This document shows, piece after piece, positions 1 through 16,715 of a DNA stretch of 64,000 bases. Origin of the DNA: the human T2T-CHM13v2.0 reference genome, Homo sapiens; the NCBI RefSeq assembly GCF_009914755.1, contig NC_060927.1. One strand, 5' to 3'. Each line of letters starts with the position of its first letter. The stretch's first letter is position 1. Below the pieces are notes generated by a model that did not search any database, was not told the origin of the DNA, and was given only the letters and a program-made list of their open reading frames with translations. The position numbers and the translations under genes were made by a program.

Positions 1-311
1 GTATTCGGATCAAAAGAAGAAAAGACACAAAGGAGGAGAAACACAGAGGAGAAGATGATGTGGAGATGGAGGCAAAGATTGGACCAATGTGTCTGCAAAC
101 CAAGGAATGCCAAGAATTGCCAGCAGCCCACCAGAAGGTAGGAGAAAAGCAGTTAATGACTTCTTTCTCAGAGCCTCCACAAATGAACTAACCCTGCCAA
201 CATATTGGTTTTGGACTTCTGGCCTCTAGAATAATGAGATAATAAATTTCTGTTGTTTTAAGCAACCAAGTTTGTAGTAATCTGTTACGGCAGCCCTAAG
301 AAACTAATACA
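1..311 (+). mobile_element. MLT1-type (MLT1B/C-like) ERVL-MaLR LTR, 5' end cut by window edge
   Basis: Typical MLT1 motifs 'caaggaatgccaag', 'ggacttctggcctctagaa..gagataataaatttctgttgttttaagc' and the terminal 'gaaactaataca'. Confidence 0.85.
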
Positions 312-314
312 AAT

Positions 315-4303
<3,989 letters not shown>

Positions 4304-4305
4304 AA

Positions 4306-5160
4306 GATATTTCTTCTTTGTTAATATGTGCATTTACAGTTACAAATTTCCTTCTAAGCACTGATTTATCTGAATCCCATCAGTCTTATTATGTTGTGCT
4401 TTATTTCATTCATCTCAAAGTATTTTCTAATTTCCCTTGTAATTTCTTTTTTCATCCATTGATTATTTAAGAGTCTGTTGTTTGATTTCCACATATTTGT
4501 AAATTTCTCAAACTTCCTTTTGTTATTTATTCTTCAGTTCATTGCATTGTAGTCAGAGAACATACCTTATATTATTTCAGTCCTTTTAAATGTATTGATA
4601 CTTGATTTATGGCCTAACATATGGCCTATCCTAAATAATACTCCATATGCATTCTAGAAGAATGTATATTCTGCTGTTGTTAAATTGTTTATTTCTCTTT
4701 TCAAGTCTACCACTTTTTTCTTCATGTAATTTGGAGCTCTACTGTTATATGCATATACATCTATATTTTTATGTTTGTTTTCTTGACATGTTGATCCTTT
4801 TACCATTATAAAGAGTTTTTTCTTTGTCTCTAGTAACAATTTTTTAAAAATCTAGTAACAATTTTTATAGCCACTCCAGCTCTCTTTTGGTTACTGTTTG
4901 CATGGTATGTCTTTTTCTGTCTTTTATTTTCAACTTGTGTTTTTGAATCTAAAGAGTATCTCTTTTAGACAATATGTAGTTGGATTATGTCTTTTTATTC
5001 ATTTTGCCACTCTCTGCCTTTTGATTGAAATGTTTACTCATTTACATTTAATGTAATTACTGATAAAAGTAGGATTTATGTCTACCATTTTGCTTTTTGT
5101 TTTCTATGTGTTTTGTGTCTTCTTTGTTTCTCTATTCATTTATTTGCAACTTCTTTGTCT
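4306..5160 (-). mobile_element. Continuation of the old L1M (ORF2 endonuclease region)
   Basis: Antisense EN motifs: ORF 4654-4839 'FIMVKGS..IDVYA.N.RAPNYMK' and 'gaagaatgtatattctgctgttgt'. Colinear with the 780-1433 piece across the L1PA TSD. Confidence 0.75.
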
Positions 5161-5433
5161 AGTTTGAAGTTGCAATTATGCTACAAACTTTAAAATAGGG
5201 ACATTATCCTAGATAGAGCAGCTCTAAAAAGTGGAAGCAGAAGGCAGAAGGGTAAATCAGTGACATCTGAGGAGGAAGAAGCAGCAGAAGGGATTTGAAG
5301 TACTGACAAACCAGGAACTTGGTAGCTCACAACAACACAAAGTTATGCCCTTACAGTTGTGTCAGAAGTCTGACATGGGCCTCACCAGACTAATATAAAG
5401 GTGTTTGCAGAGCTGCATTCCTTTCTGGAGTCT

Positions 5434-5853
5434 TGAAAATGGTTTGGATGTCGACCCCTCTAAGTCCCATATTGAAATGTAATCCCCAGTGTTGGAGGTG
5501 GAGCCTGGTGTGAGGAGTTGGGGTCATGGGGGCAGATCCCAACAGTGAGTGAGTTCTCACGAGTTCTGGTTGTTTAAGGATGTGTGGCACTTCCCTCTAC
5601 ACACACACACACACACACACACACTCTCTCTCTCTCTCTCTTGCTCTTGTTCTCACCATGTGAGATGCCTGCTTCCCCTTTGCCTTCACTATGATTGAAA
5701 GTTTCCTGAGGGCTCTCCAGAAGCCAAGTGTATGCCAGTGCCCTGCTTGTATAGCCTGCAGAACCATGAGCCAATCAAACCTCTTTTCTTTACAAACTAC
5801 TTTAATTACCCCATCTTAAGTATTTCTTTATAGCAATGCAAAAAGCTAATACA
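5434..5853 (+). mobile_element. MST (MSTA/MSTB-like) solo LTR
   Basis: TG...CA ends, 'gaaatgtaatccccagtgttggaggtgg', 'cagaaccatgagccaat.aaacctcttttctt'; perfect 5-bp TSD agtct (5429-5433/5854-5858). Confidence 0.9.
5598..5641. repeat. Compound microsatellite (CA)n(CT)n
   Basis: Read directly from the sequence. Confidence 0.95.
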
Positions 5854-6761
5854 AGTCTCTAGGAAAAAAATATATTTCCTTGCCCATTCAGGTTGGTCAC
5901 AGAATTCAGTGCCATGTAGTGGTAGAACTGAGTTCCCTGTTTTCTTGCTGGCTGTCAACTAAGAACCATTCCCAGCTTCTCTATGTTGCCTACTTTTTTT
6001 TTTTTTTTTTTTTTTTTTTGGCTTGTAGCCTCCTTCCTCCATCTTCAAAGCCAGCAATGGTGGGTCAAGTTCCTCTCACACTTCAAATCCCTTCTGCCTC
6101 TTCTTCCTCCTCAGATGTCACTGATCTACCCTTCTGCCTTCTGCTTCTACTTTTAAGAGCTGCTTAATCCAGACTAATGTCTCTATTTTAAAATTTGTAA
6201 CATAATTGCAACTTCAAATTTCCTTTTCCCACATAACATACTATATCACATATTCCAGGGATTACGGCACGAATATCTTGGATGGGACGTGGAAGAGGGA
6301 CATGATTCTGCTTACCCCACTAGAGATCAGATAACTTATGTGACAAAGCTAGCAAGAGGAAGAACTGGAAGTACAATGCAGTCCTTGTTCAGTACTCATT
6401 TCACTACATTTGATGCACAGTAGTGTAATAATGTAAACACCAAACTGCCTATATGATCCCTTCAGAGACATTTTGGCCAATCTGCTACTTTTGAGACTAG
6501 AATCATAGGCTGTTACAGCTGAAGGCACATCAGTCCAGCCCCATTATTTCACAGGGGAGGAAAACAAGGCCCAGGGAAGTTAAGATCCCAACCTCAGTTC
6601 CCAGAAAACTCAGAACCACAACTCAGCCTCTCCAGACTTCCAGTTCATGTGATTTTTTTATAATTTTTTTAGTTAAACATGAATTCTCACAAGATACATC
6701 ATCCACTTAAATTAACCTTATACTACTTAACTATTATCAGCCATGCAAAACTTGGCCAGTT

Positions 6762-7058
6762 GGCCGGGCACGGTGGCTCACGCCTATAATCCCAGCACTT
6801 TGGGAGGCCGAGGCTGGCAGATCACGAGGTCAGGAGATCAAGACCATCCTGGCTAACACAGTGAAACCCCGTCTCTACTAAAAATACAAAAAATTAGCTG
6901 GGCGTGGTAGCGGGCTCCTGTAGTCCCAGCTACTTGGGAGGCTGAGGCAGTAGAATGGCGTGAACCCGGGAGGCGGAGCTTGCAGTGAGCCGAGATCGCG
7001 ACACTGCACCCCAGCCTGGGCGACAGAGGAAGACTCCGTCTCAAAAAAATAAAAAAAA
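6762..7058 (+). mobile_element. AluY
   Basis: Y diagnostics 'ctggctaacac.gtgaaacc' and 'gaatggcgtgaacccgggaggcggagcttgcag'; poly(A); TSD-like aaacttggc. Confidence 0.95.
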
Positions 7059-8021
7059 CAAACTTGGCAGGTAAACTTACATTATTCCTGTACTGTTAAC
7101 CACTTCCATCTACCCATGACTTTCTAACTTCATCCCAATTATATTTTATGACATATTTTTCTCACAACTGCTTGAGCCTCTATATAAACACAGATTTTTA
7201 TATAGATTCCACTTCACAAAATGATCAAAGCAGAAAGACTATATGTATTTCATTTCTTTTCTGTGTGCTGATTATTATTAAGTCCCACCCAGAAAAACAT
7301 TCTCTTATGATTTCTCTAAACTGTACTTCAGGTTACTTATAACAAGCCAGAGAAATAGAAAGAGAAAGAGGCTGCTCACATCATTACTCCACACTCCACC
7401 CTGAGTCAATCCTATAAATTCTATTGGCTCTGAGATTGAAAATAGTAGGAGGGCCACTTTATTGAAGCTACTACATTTAGACCTTTCCTGACTAGATCAT
7501 GTTAGACGTATATTACAGTCCATTTTCAGTCACTTGCACTTACAGAACACAGGCATATGGAACTCAAATGCCATTTCTATTGGACTTTACGTTTTATGAT
7601 TTTTTATACCATACTAACATTTATGTGTTTTTCTCTCGGCTAGAAATAAAATCAATATTTATGGAGCAGGAGACACTGGTGGCAACCTAGTTTCCCATCC
7701 CTAACCTGCTAAGTCCCAGCCCCACCCATGACACACCTGTCTGTCCCTCTAAAATCAGCTAAGGCTCATTTATGATTAGTTGTCCTCCTCAGCACTTGTT
7801 GATCCCCTTGCTTATTATACACCATAAAAATTAGTTAAATCTTGGACAATCCCCTCACATTCCAGTAGATTTCTCTAAAACCAGGATCAACAAACTTGAG
7901 ACCCAATATCTTTCCTGCAGGACACTTTAAAATGTCTCTGTACCTTTACTCGGTCTCATTTTCTTCTCTTCCTCCTCAAAAGAATGGACATCTCTCTTCC
8001 TGTTCAATGCTAACACTTTGA

Positions 8022-8210
<189 letters not shown>

Positions 8211-8356
8211 TAACCCTGTAAAGCACCGTTATTAGAAGACGTCATCATAATACTCATCTTGTAATCATATCTATCTTTAAAAAATGTTTGCAAACCTGCT
8301 TAATAAAAATCTATGGAATTTAAACAAATAAAAATTATTCCCTAAAAGCCACAATT

Positions 8357-9653
8357 TGGAGGCATCATGCTACCCAACTTCAAACTATACAACAGGGCTA
8401 CAGGCTACAGTAACCAAAACATCATGGTACTGAAACAAAAAAAATAGACACATAGACCAATGGAATAGAATAGAGAGCTTAGAAATAAGGCTGCACACCT
8501 AAAACCATCTGATCTTTGACAAAGCTGACAAAAACAAGCAATGGGGAAAGTCCTCCCTATTCATTAAATGGTGCTGGGATAACTGGATAGCCATATGCAG
8601 AAGATTGCAACTGGACCCCTTCTTTATACCATAAACAAAAATGAACTCAAGATGGATCAAAGACAAAGATAAAACCCAACACTATAAAAACCCTGAAAGA
8701 CAACCTAGGCTATACCATTTGCAAACTATACATGTGGCAAAGGCCTAATATCCAGCATCTATAAGGAACTTAAACAAACTTTCAAGAAAAAAAACTAACA
8801 ACCTCATTAAAAAGTCGGCAAAGGACATGAACAGACACTTTTCAAAAGAAGACGTACATTCAACTAACAAACATATGAAAAAAAGGCCAACATCACTGAT
8901 CACTAGAGAAATGCAAATCAAAACCACAATGAGATACCATCCCACACCAGTCAGAATGGCTATTACTAAAAAGTCAAAAAATAACAGGTGCTGTCAAGAT
9001 TGTAAGGAAAAAGGAACGCTTATACACTGTTGGGGGCGGTGGGGGTTGTAAATTGGTTCAATCATTGTGGAAAACAGTGTGACAATTCCTCAAAGACCTA
9101 AAAACATAACTGCTATTTGAACTCAACACCCCCATTACTGGGTATATACACAAAGGGATATAAACCATTCTACCATAAAGACATTATGCACAGGTAGGTT
9201 CATCGCAGCTCTATTCACAACAGCAAAGACCTGGAATCAACCTAAATGCCCATCAGTGATAGACTGAATAAAGAAAAGATGGTGCATTTACACCATGGAA
9301 CACTATGCAGCCATAAAAAAAGAATGAGATCATGTCTTTTGCAGGAACAGGAATGGAGCTGTAGTCCATTGTCCTTAGCAAAATAATGCAGGAAGAGAAA
9401 ACCAAATACTGCATGTGCTCACTTGTAAGTGGGAGATAAATGATGGGAACACATGGACACATAGAGGGGGAAAAACACACATTGGGGCCTACCGGAGGGT
9501 GTAAGGTGGGAGGAGGGAAAGGGTCAGGAAAATAACTAAGGTACTAGGCTTGATACCTGGGTGATGAAATAAATGTGTACAACAAACCCTCATGACACAG
9601 GTGTACCTGTATAACAAACGTGCGCATGCACACCTGAACTTAAAATAAAAGTT
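8357..9653 (+). mobile_element. 5'-truncated older L1PA (PA13-16-like) with an internal deletion near 8719
   Basis: ORF2 C-terminal fragment (MNRHFSKED...). 3'UTR 'ggtactaggctt.atacctgggtgatgaaata..cctgaacttaaaataaaagtt'. TSD aaagccacaatt (8345-8356) / aaagtcacaatt (9654-9665). Confidence 0.88.
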
Positions 9654-9948
9654 AAAGTCACAATTAGAGTTACTCACTTTTTAACACCAAAACCCTTAGA
9701 CTTAAGAAAAATCAGAGGAGACTTAGAAAAATTAATATTATGGAGTGGAACTAAAGGAAAGTAAATGTATGGTGCTCCTCCCCGTCCCTGTTTCTAAGGA
9801 TATTTGGGCAATCAGCTTACAATACTAATTATATCTGAGTTTTGTCAATTCGGATCATGGAACAAAAAGGAAAAAAACCTTTTTCTAGAAAATGAAAGAG
9901 AATTGAAAAATGGCATAAGTATTGATAACTTCTAAAAATGGAGTATGT

Positions 9949-12900
9949 TTGAACAGGATAGCATTGAATCTATAAATTACTTTGGGCACTATGGCCATTT
10001 TCACAGCATTGATTCTTCCTATCCATGAGCATGGAACGTTTTTCCATTTGTTTGTGTCCTCTCTTATTTTGCTAAGCAGTGGCTTGTAGTTCTCCTTGAA
10101 GAGGTCCTTCACATCCCTTGTAAGTTGGATTCTTAGGTATTTTATTCTCTTTGTAGCAATTGTGAATGGGAGTTCACTCATGATTTGGCTCTCTGTTTGC
10201 CTGTTATTGGTGTATAGGAATGCTTGTGATTTTTGCACATTGATTTTGTATCCTGAGACTTTGCTGAAGTTGCTTGTCACCTTAAGGAGATTTTGGGCTG
10301 AGACAATAGGGTTTTCTAAATATGCAATCATATCATCTGCAAACAGAGACAATTTGACTTCCTCTCTTCCTATTTGAATACTCTTTATTTCTTTCTCTTT
10401 CCTGATTGCCCTGGCCAGAACTTCCAACGCTATGTTGAATAGGAGTGGTGAGAGAGGGCATCCTTGTCTTGTGCCAGTTTTCAAAGGAAATGCTTCCAGC
10501 TTTTGCCCATTCAGTATGATATTGGCTATGAGTTTGACATAAATAGCTCTTATTATTTTGAAATACGTTCCATCAATACCTAGTTTATTGAGTGTTTTTA
10601 GCATGAAGGGGTGTTGAATTTTATCAAAGGCCTTTTCTGCATCTATTGAGATAATCATGTGGTTTTTGTCACTGGTTCTGTTTATGTGATGGATTACATT
10701 TATTGATTTACGTATGTTGAACCAGCCTTGCATCCCATTGATGAAGCCGACTTGATCGTGGTGGATAAGCTTTTTGACGTGCTGCTGGATTCAGTTTGCC
10801 AGTATTTTATTGAGGATTTTTGCATTGATGTTCATCAGGGATATTGGCCTATAATTTTCTTTTTTTATTGTATCCCTGCCAGATTTTGGTATTAGGATGA
10901 TGCTGGCCTCATAAAATGAGTTAGGGAGGAGTCTCTCTTTTTCTATTGTTTGGAATAGTTTCAGAAGGAATGTTACCAGCTCCTCTTTGTGCCTCGGGTA
11001 GAATTCAGCTGTGAATCCATCTGGTCCTGGGCTTTTATTTGTTGGTGGGCTATTAATTACTGCCTCAGTTTCAGAACCTGTTATTGGTCTATTCAGGGAT
11101 TAGACTTCTTCCTGGTTTAGTCTTGGGAGAGTGTATGTGTTCAGGAATTTACCAATTTCTTCTAGATTTTCTGTTTATTTGCATAGAGGTGTTTATAGTA
11201 TTCTCTGATGGTAGTTTGCATTTCTGTGGGATCAGTAGTGATATCCCTTTTTCATTTTGTATTATGTCTATTTGATTCTTCTCTCTTTTCCTCTTTATTA
11301 CTCTGGCTATCAGTCTATCTATTTTGTTAATCTTTTCAAAAAAAACCAGCTCCTGGATTCTTTGATTTTTTTTGAAGTGCTTTTCGTGTCTCTATCTCCT
11401 TCAGTTCTGCTCTGATCTTAGTTATTTCTTGTCTTCTGCTAGCTTTTGAATTTGTTTGCTCTTGCTTCTCTACTTCCTTTCATTGTAATGTTAGGGTGTC
11501 GATTTTAATCTTTCCCACTTTCTCCTATGGGCATTTAGTGTTATAAATTTCCCTCTAAACACTGCTTGAGCTGTGTCCCAGAGATTCTGGTACGTTGTGT
11601 CTTTGTTCTCATTGGTTTCAAAGAATTTATTTATTTCTGCCTTAATTTCGTTATTTACCCATAGTCATTCAGGAGCAGGTTGCTCAGTTTCCATGCAGTT
11701 GTGCAGTTTTGAGTGAGTTTCTTAATCCTGAGTTCTAATTTGATTGCACTATGGTCTGAGAGACTGTTTATTATGATGTCTGTTCTTTTGCATTTGCTGA
11801 GGAGTGTTTTACTTCCAATTATGTGGTCGATTTTAGAATAAGTGCTATGTGGTGCTGAGAAGAATGTGTATTCTGTTGATTTGTGGTGGAGAATTCTGTA
11901 GATGTCTATTAGGTCCACTTGTTCCAGAGCTGAGTTCAAGTCCTGAATATCCTTGTTAATTTTCTGTCTCATTGATCTATCTAATATTGACAGGTGGATG
12001 TTAAAGTCTCCCACTATTATTGTGGGGGGGGTCTAAGTCTCTTTGTATGTCTCTAATAACTTGCTTTATGACTCTTGGTACTCCTATATTGGGTGGATAT
12101 ATATAGAGAATAGTTAGCTCTTCTTGATGCATTGTTCCCTTTACCATTATGTAATGCCCTTCTTTGCATTTCTTCACAGAATTAGATAAAAACTACTTTA
12201 AATTTCACGTGGAACCAAAAAAGAGTCCATATAGCCAAGACAATCCTAAGCAAAAAGAACAAACCTGGAGGCACCACACTACCTGACTCAAACTATACTA
12301 CAAGTCTATAGTAACCAAAACTGCGTGCTACTGGTACAAAAACAGATATATAGCCCAATGGAACAGAACAGAGGCCTTAGAAATAGCACCACACGTCAAC
12401 AACCATCTGATCTTTGACAAACCTGACAAAAACAAGCAATGGAGAAAGGATTCCCTATTTAATAAGTGGTGTTGGGAAAATTGGCTAGCCATATGCAGAA
12501 AACTGAAACTGGATCCCTTCCTTACACCTTATACAAAAATCAATTCAAGATGGATTAAAGACTTAAATGTTAGACCTAAAACCATAAAAACCCTAGAAGA
12601 AAACCTAGGCAATACCATTCAGGGTACAGGCATGGGCAACGACTTCATGACTGAAACACTAAAAGCAATGGCAACCAAAGCCAAAATTGACAAATGTTAT
12701 CTAATTAAACTAAACTTCTGCACAGCAAAAGAAACTATCATCAGAGTAAACAGGCAACCTACAGAATGGGAAAAAATTTTTGCAATCTATCTGTCTGACA
12801 AAGGACTAATATCCAGAATCTACAAAGAACTTCAACAAATATACAAGGAAAAAAAACATCAAAAAGTAGGCGAAGGATATGAACAGACACTTCTCAAAAA

Positions 12901-13731
12901 AAAGGCATCTATGTAGCCAGCAGACACATGAAAAAAAGCTCATCATCACTGATCATTAGAGAAATGCAAATCAAAAGCACAATGAGATATCATCTCATGC
13001 CAGTTAGAATGGCAATCATTAAAAAGTTAGGAAACAACAGATGCTGGAGGGGATGTGGAGAAATAGGAACACTTTTACAATGTTGGTGGCAGTGTAAATT
13101 AATTCACCCATTGTGGAAGACAGTGTGGCAACTCCTCAAGAATCTAGAACCAGAAATATTTGACCCAGCAATCCCATTATTGGGTATGTACCCAAAGGAT
13201 TATAAATCATTCTACTATAAAGACACATGCACACATATGTTTATTGCAGCACTGTTCACAATAGCAAAGACTTGGTTGGATCCAACCCAAATGCCCATCA
13301 ATGAAGGACTAGATAAAGAAAATGTGGCACATATACACCATGGAATACTATGCAGTGATAAAAAAGGATGAGTGCATGTCCTTTGCAGGGACATGGATGA
13401 AGCTGGAAACCATCATTCTCAGCAAACTAACACAGGAACAGAAAACCAAACTCCATATGTTCCCACTCATAAGTGGGAGTTGAACAATGAGAACACATGG
13501 ACACAGGGAGGGGAACATCACACACCGGGGCCTGTTAGTGGGTAGGCGGGTAGGGGAGGGATAGCATTAGGAGAAATACCTAATGTAGATGACAGGTTGA
13601 TGGGTGCAACAAACCACCATGGCATGTGTATACCTATTTAGCAAACCTGCACGTTCTGCACATGTATCCCAGAACTTAAAGTATAATAAAATAAATAAAT
13701 AAATAAATAAATAAAATTTCTTAATTAAGAA
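9949..13731 (+). mobile_element. L1PA6/7-like LINE-1 with 5' inversion (inverted part 9949-12166 on -, 3' part 12167-13731 on +)
   Basis: Minus-strand ORF2 (RT FADD in ORF 9885-10733; EN in 11655-12014) abuts plus-strand ORF2 C-terminus and 3'UTR. Perfect 15-bp TSD aaaaatggagtatgt (9934-9948/13732-13746). Confidence 0.93.
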
Positions 13732-13904
13732 AAAAATGGAGTATGTACAGACAAATGTGGGTAATTCAAGTTGACAAAAATGTATAAGTTTCAGGGCTGA
13801 GCGCCAGGTCTCAAGTCATTAGTGTCACCCTCTATGAAGGTCATTCATGAGCTATAGTATTCCAATGCCTCCTCAACCACATATACACAGTATTACGGAG
13901 TCAG

Positions 13905-14095
13905 CTGGTATATGAAAGGAATATAGGCTTTAGAGTCAGACAGTATGGGTTCAAGTCTTGGCTCTGTAACTTACTTGGCACCTGATATGTGACCTTGAGC
14001 AGAGCTCAGGCTCTTCACCTGCATAAAGGAGTTAATATCAACTTCAGAATATGGTTGTTAGAATTAAATGAGATAATGTATGAGGCACCTAACAT
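13905..14095 (+). mobile_element. MIR
   Basis: 'ggctttagagtcagac..gggttcaagtcttggctctg..tgtgaccttgagca..gaattaaatgagataatgtatg'. Confidence 0.8.
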
Positions 14096-15309
14096 GATTT
14101 CCTTCTCCTCTTTAAAAGGACAGCCTGGGAAATGACAGTTCCTCGCATTAGAGGGTTAATAAGGAGAAGTTATTCTAAGCTACTAGTTTGGGTACAGGCA
14201 TCCTGTCCCAGACAGCCCATCAGCCCCACTAATGGGATTTAAAACAGTTACTGCCTTTTCCTCAGTCATGTAATGATTTCTGGACAGCCTGAGAGGTCCA
14301 TTATCTGCAGTCCATACTTCTGCTCTGTCTGGCGATAATGACTTCTTAGCACAACAGCAGGGTCGCGGTCTTCCACTTCCTGCTGTGCAAAGGACCCTTG
14401 TTGAAGTCAAAGACAAATTGTCCATCCCACCACAGAGACCAGTGGTCTGTGAAATGCTGCCCACGGACTGCCACAATAGCTCGTGGAAAGTCATCCTCTA
14501 AGGCAAGGGTGCCCTCTAAAGTGTTTCCGGGGGGAATATGAATATGATAGATGAGTGCTTTCCGTGAGAAAGTGAGATCCCAGCATCCCTAGAGGGCATC
14601 TGAGGTTGATATCGGGGTGCCAGGAACCTCCCCAGCCTCTGAGGTGCTGTCTCATCCCACTCGGTTCTTACAAGCTGCCTGCAGAGCCCAAGGGCAAGAA
14701 AAACTAATGCATTTTAAAAGACCTCACAAAACTCTGATTTAAAAATCAATGCTCAGATGTGATAATTAACTTAGGTTGCCATTAAGATTTTTTCTTTCTG
14801 TATTCTCTGTATTCTTATCTTACTGTTTTTATCATATTATATACAAGTTGCCTCAAATCCTGTTTAGAAGTAGACAAGATATAAATCCTAAATAAGCAAA
14901 ACAAATGTGATAATAAATTAAAGGACTTATACCAGGCTTGAGCAGATCCCAAAAGAATTGTTGGCATTAACAAGGAGGGAACCTCTTACTTAAATTAAGA
15001 AAGATATAACGTTCATTCTGCATTGTGATTTGTCAAATGAATGCTAATGTAAGACTCAGGATGAAAGGAAAAGAATGCACTTGGTTGTAGAAATAAAATG
15101 GATGTAAGTAAATTTTTAAACTTATTTGAAGATACAAGAAAAGCTTTCTACTATGATTAGACAGCTACGTAGAAAATATTCTCAACTGACTGTTTAATTC
15201 AAGGTAAATATCAAATTTATTAAATATTATCTTATTTTGATTTAGCAAACAAACTGTAAAGTTTTAAAACATTTACCTGCTGAAGTTGTATCAAATGCTG
15301 ATTCAGTTT

Positions 15310-15760
15310 AAATATACATCGTTACAACCATTTTGGACAGCAATCTGGCCTTATGTTGTAAGTGCCTGAAAATGTTCATTCCATTTCTGGGAATCTATCC
15401 TAAAAAATAAATCCCAAATTCAGGAAGAAATTATGCAGAATGACACAATAGCAAAAAAATGGAAACACGCTAAAAATGTCCTATTATAGGTAAATAGTTA
15501 CATAATTATGTCATGCCTATATGATGAAATAGCATTAATCCTTAAAAGTTTTTAGTGATACAGGAAAAAACTGAAAATAGAATTTAAAATGTATGTACAC
15601 TATAAGATAAACTATGTAAAACAGAGAGAAGTACAAAAAAATTAGTAGTAGCTGGAGGTATGGGAAGCTTAAGTTAATGTATTTCTAACATTTTCAAGTT
15701 GTCTCTATGAGGACATAGTATATTTATAATCTGGAAAAATAATATTTTATTTATGAAAAA
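15310..15760 (+). mobile_element. Ancient L1ME-type 3' fragment
   Basis: 'acaaccattttggacagcaatctggc..ccatttctgggaatctatcctaa' is a degenerate L1 3' motif. Confidence 0.5.
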
Positions 15761-16562
15761 TAAATAAATGGGATTAGTTTGCCAAAGGAAAAAAAAATTA
15801 CTTTTCACTGATGGACATAACCAGTGCAGCCTTGGTCACCAGGCAACCTGGATTCAGAAAAGGAGTCACCAAGCCGAGGAAAAGGAAACAAGCCAGGATT
15901 GTGAGGGACCTGGTTGGAAGGACCACCTAGCTGCAGGGCTTGCCCCAAAACAGATGATCAGTTCCAAATCACTGAGTCCCACGGGGCAGGGTGAACTGAC
16001 ATCCGAGCCAGAGTCTGATCTGGTCAGTAGAGCAGTAGCATTGCTCAGAGAACAACTATGACCAGAAAAAAAGAATCAAACAATTGAAACTGACCAGAAA
16101 TGACACAGATGATACAATTAGTAGGCAAATATATTAAAAGTTGTTATCACTATAGTACCTCCGTTCAAGAAGCTAGAAGAAAGACTGAACATACTAAAGT
16201 GAAATGTGGAAGATTTTTAAAGGCCCAAGTCAAAATTCTAGAGATCAACACTACAAGGTCTGAAAAGAAAAATGCTGGAATGGATTAATAGTATATTAGA
16301 CATTGCAGAAAAAAAGATTAGTGAACTTGAAGGCACAGTAGTAGAAACTTTGCAATATAAAATTCAGACAGAAAATCAAGGCTGCAAAACATAAAAATAA
16401 AAAAGAACAGAACCTCACTGAGCTGCAGTGCAACTTTAAGTGGCCAATACACATGCAGTTGAAGTCACCAAAAACAAGAAAGAGAGTGAGACAGAAAAAT
16501 ATCTAAAAAAGTAATGACCAAAATTTTTTCAAATCTCATGAAATCCATAAACCTTCCAAATA

Positions 16563-16715
16563 CAGATGCTCCTCAATTTACAATGGGATTATGTCATGGT
16601 AAACCCATCATAAGCCAAAAATATTCTAAGTTGAAAATCCACTTAATACCTGGACAAACCCATTGTAAAGTAAAAAAATTACAAGTCAAACCATTGTTAA
16701 GTCAGGAACCATCTG
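16563..16715. mobile_element. MER47/Tigger5-type MITE (TcMar DNA transposon)
   Basis: TIRs cagatgctcct...ggaaccatctg flanked by TA target duplications; internal 'taaacccatcataag'. Confidence 0.8.

Larger units (their letters stand above)
5320..6300 (-). mobile_element. MLT1E/F-like MaLR LTR, split by an MST LTR
   Basis: 'cagaagtctgacatgggcctcaccagactaa..aaggtgtttgcagagctgcattcctttctggag|..|ctctagg..tttccttgcccattcaggttg..cagaattcagt' continuous across the insertion. Confidence 0.75.

Noticed and set aside
10096-10377. Recurrent antisense [15 protein letters not shown]... (also at 32489 and 47072)
   Set aside because: Shadow frame of the L1 RT region, repeated only because L1 is repeated.
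13717-13732. 16-bp palindrome tttcttaattaagaaa between the L1 tail and TSD, considered as a 3' transduction
   Set aside because: Too short and AT-rich to distinguish from tail decay.
14183-14494. 103-aa minus-strand ORF (MTFHELLWQ...)
   Set aside because: No recognisable domain and length compatible with chance; kept only as part of the unique-island finding.
15768-16061. 97-aa plus-strand ORF in a GC-richer patch
   Set aside because: No recognisable homology; it abuts an old L1 5' region.
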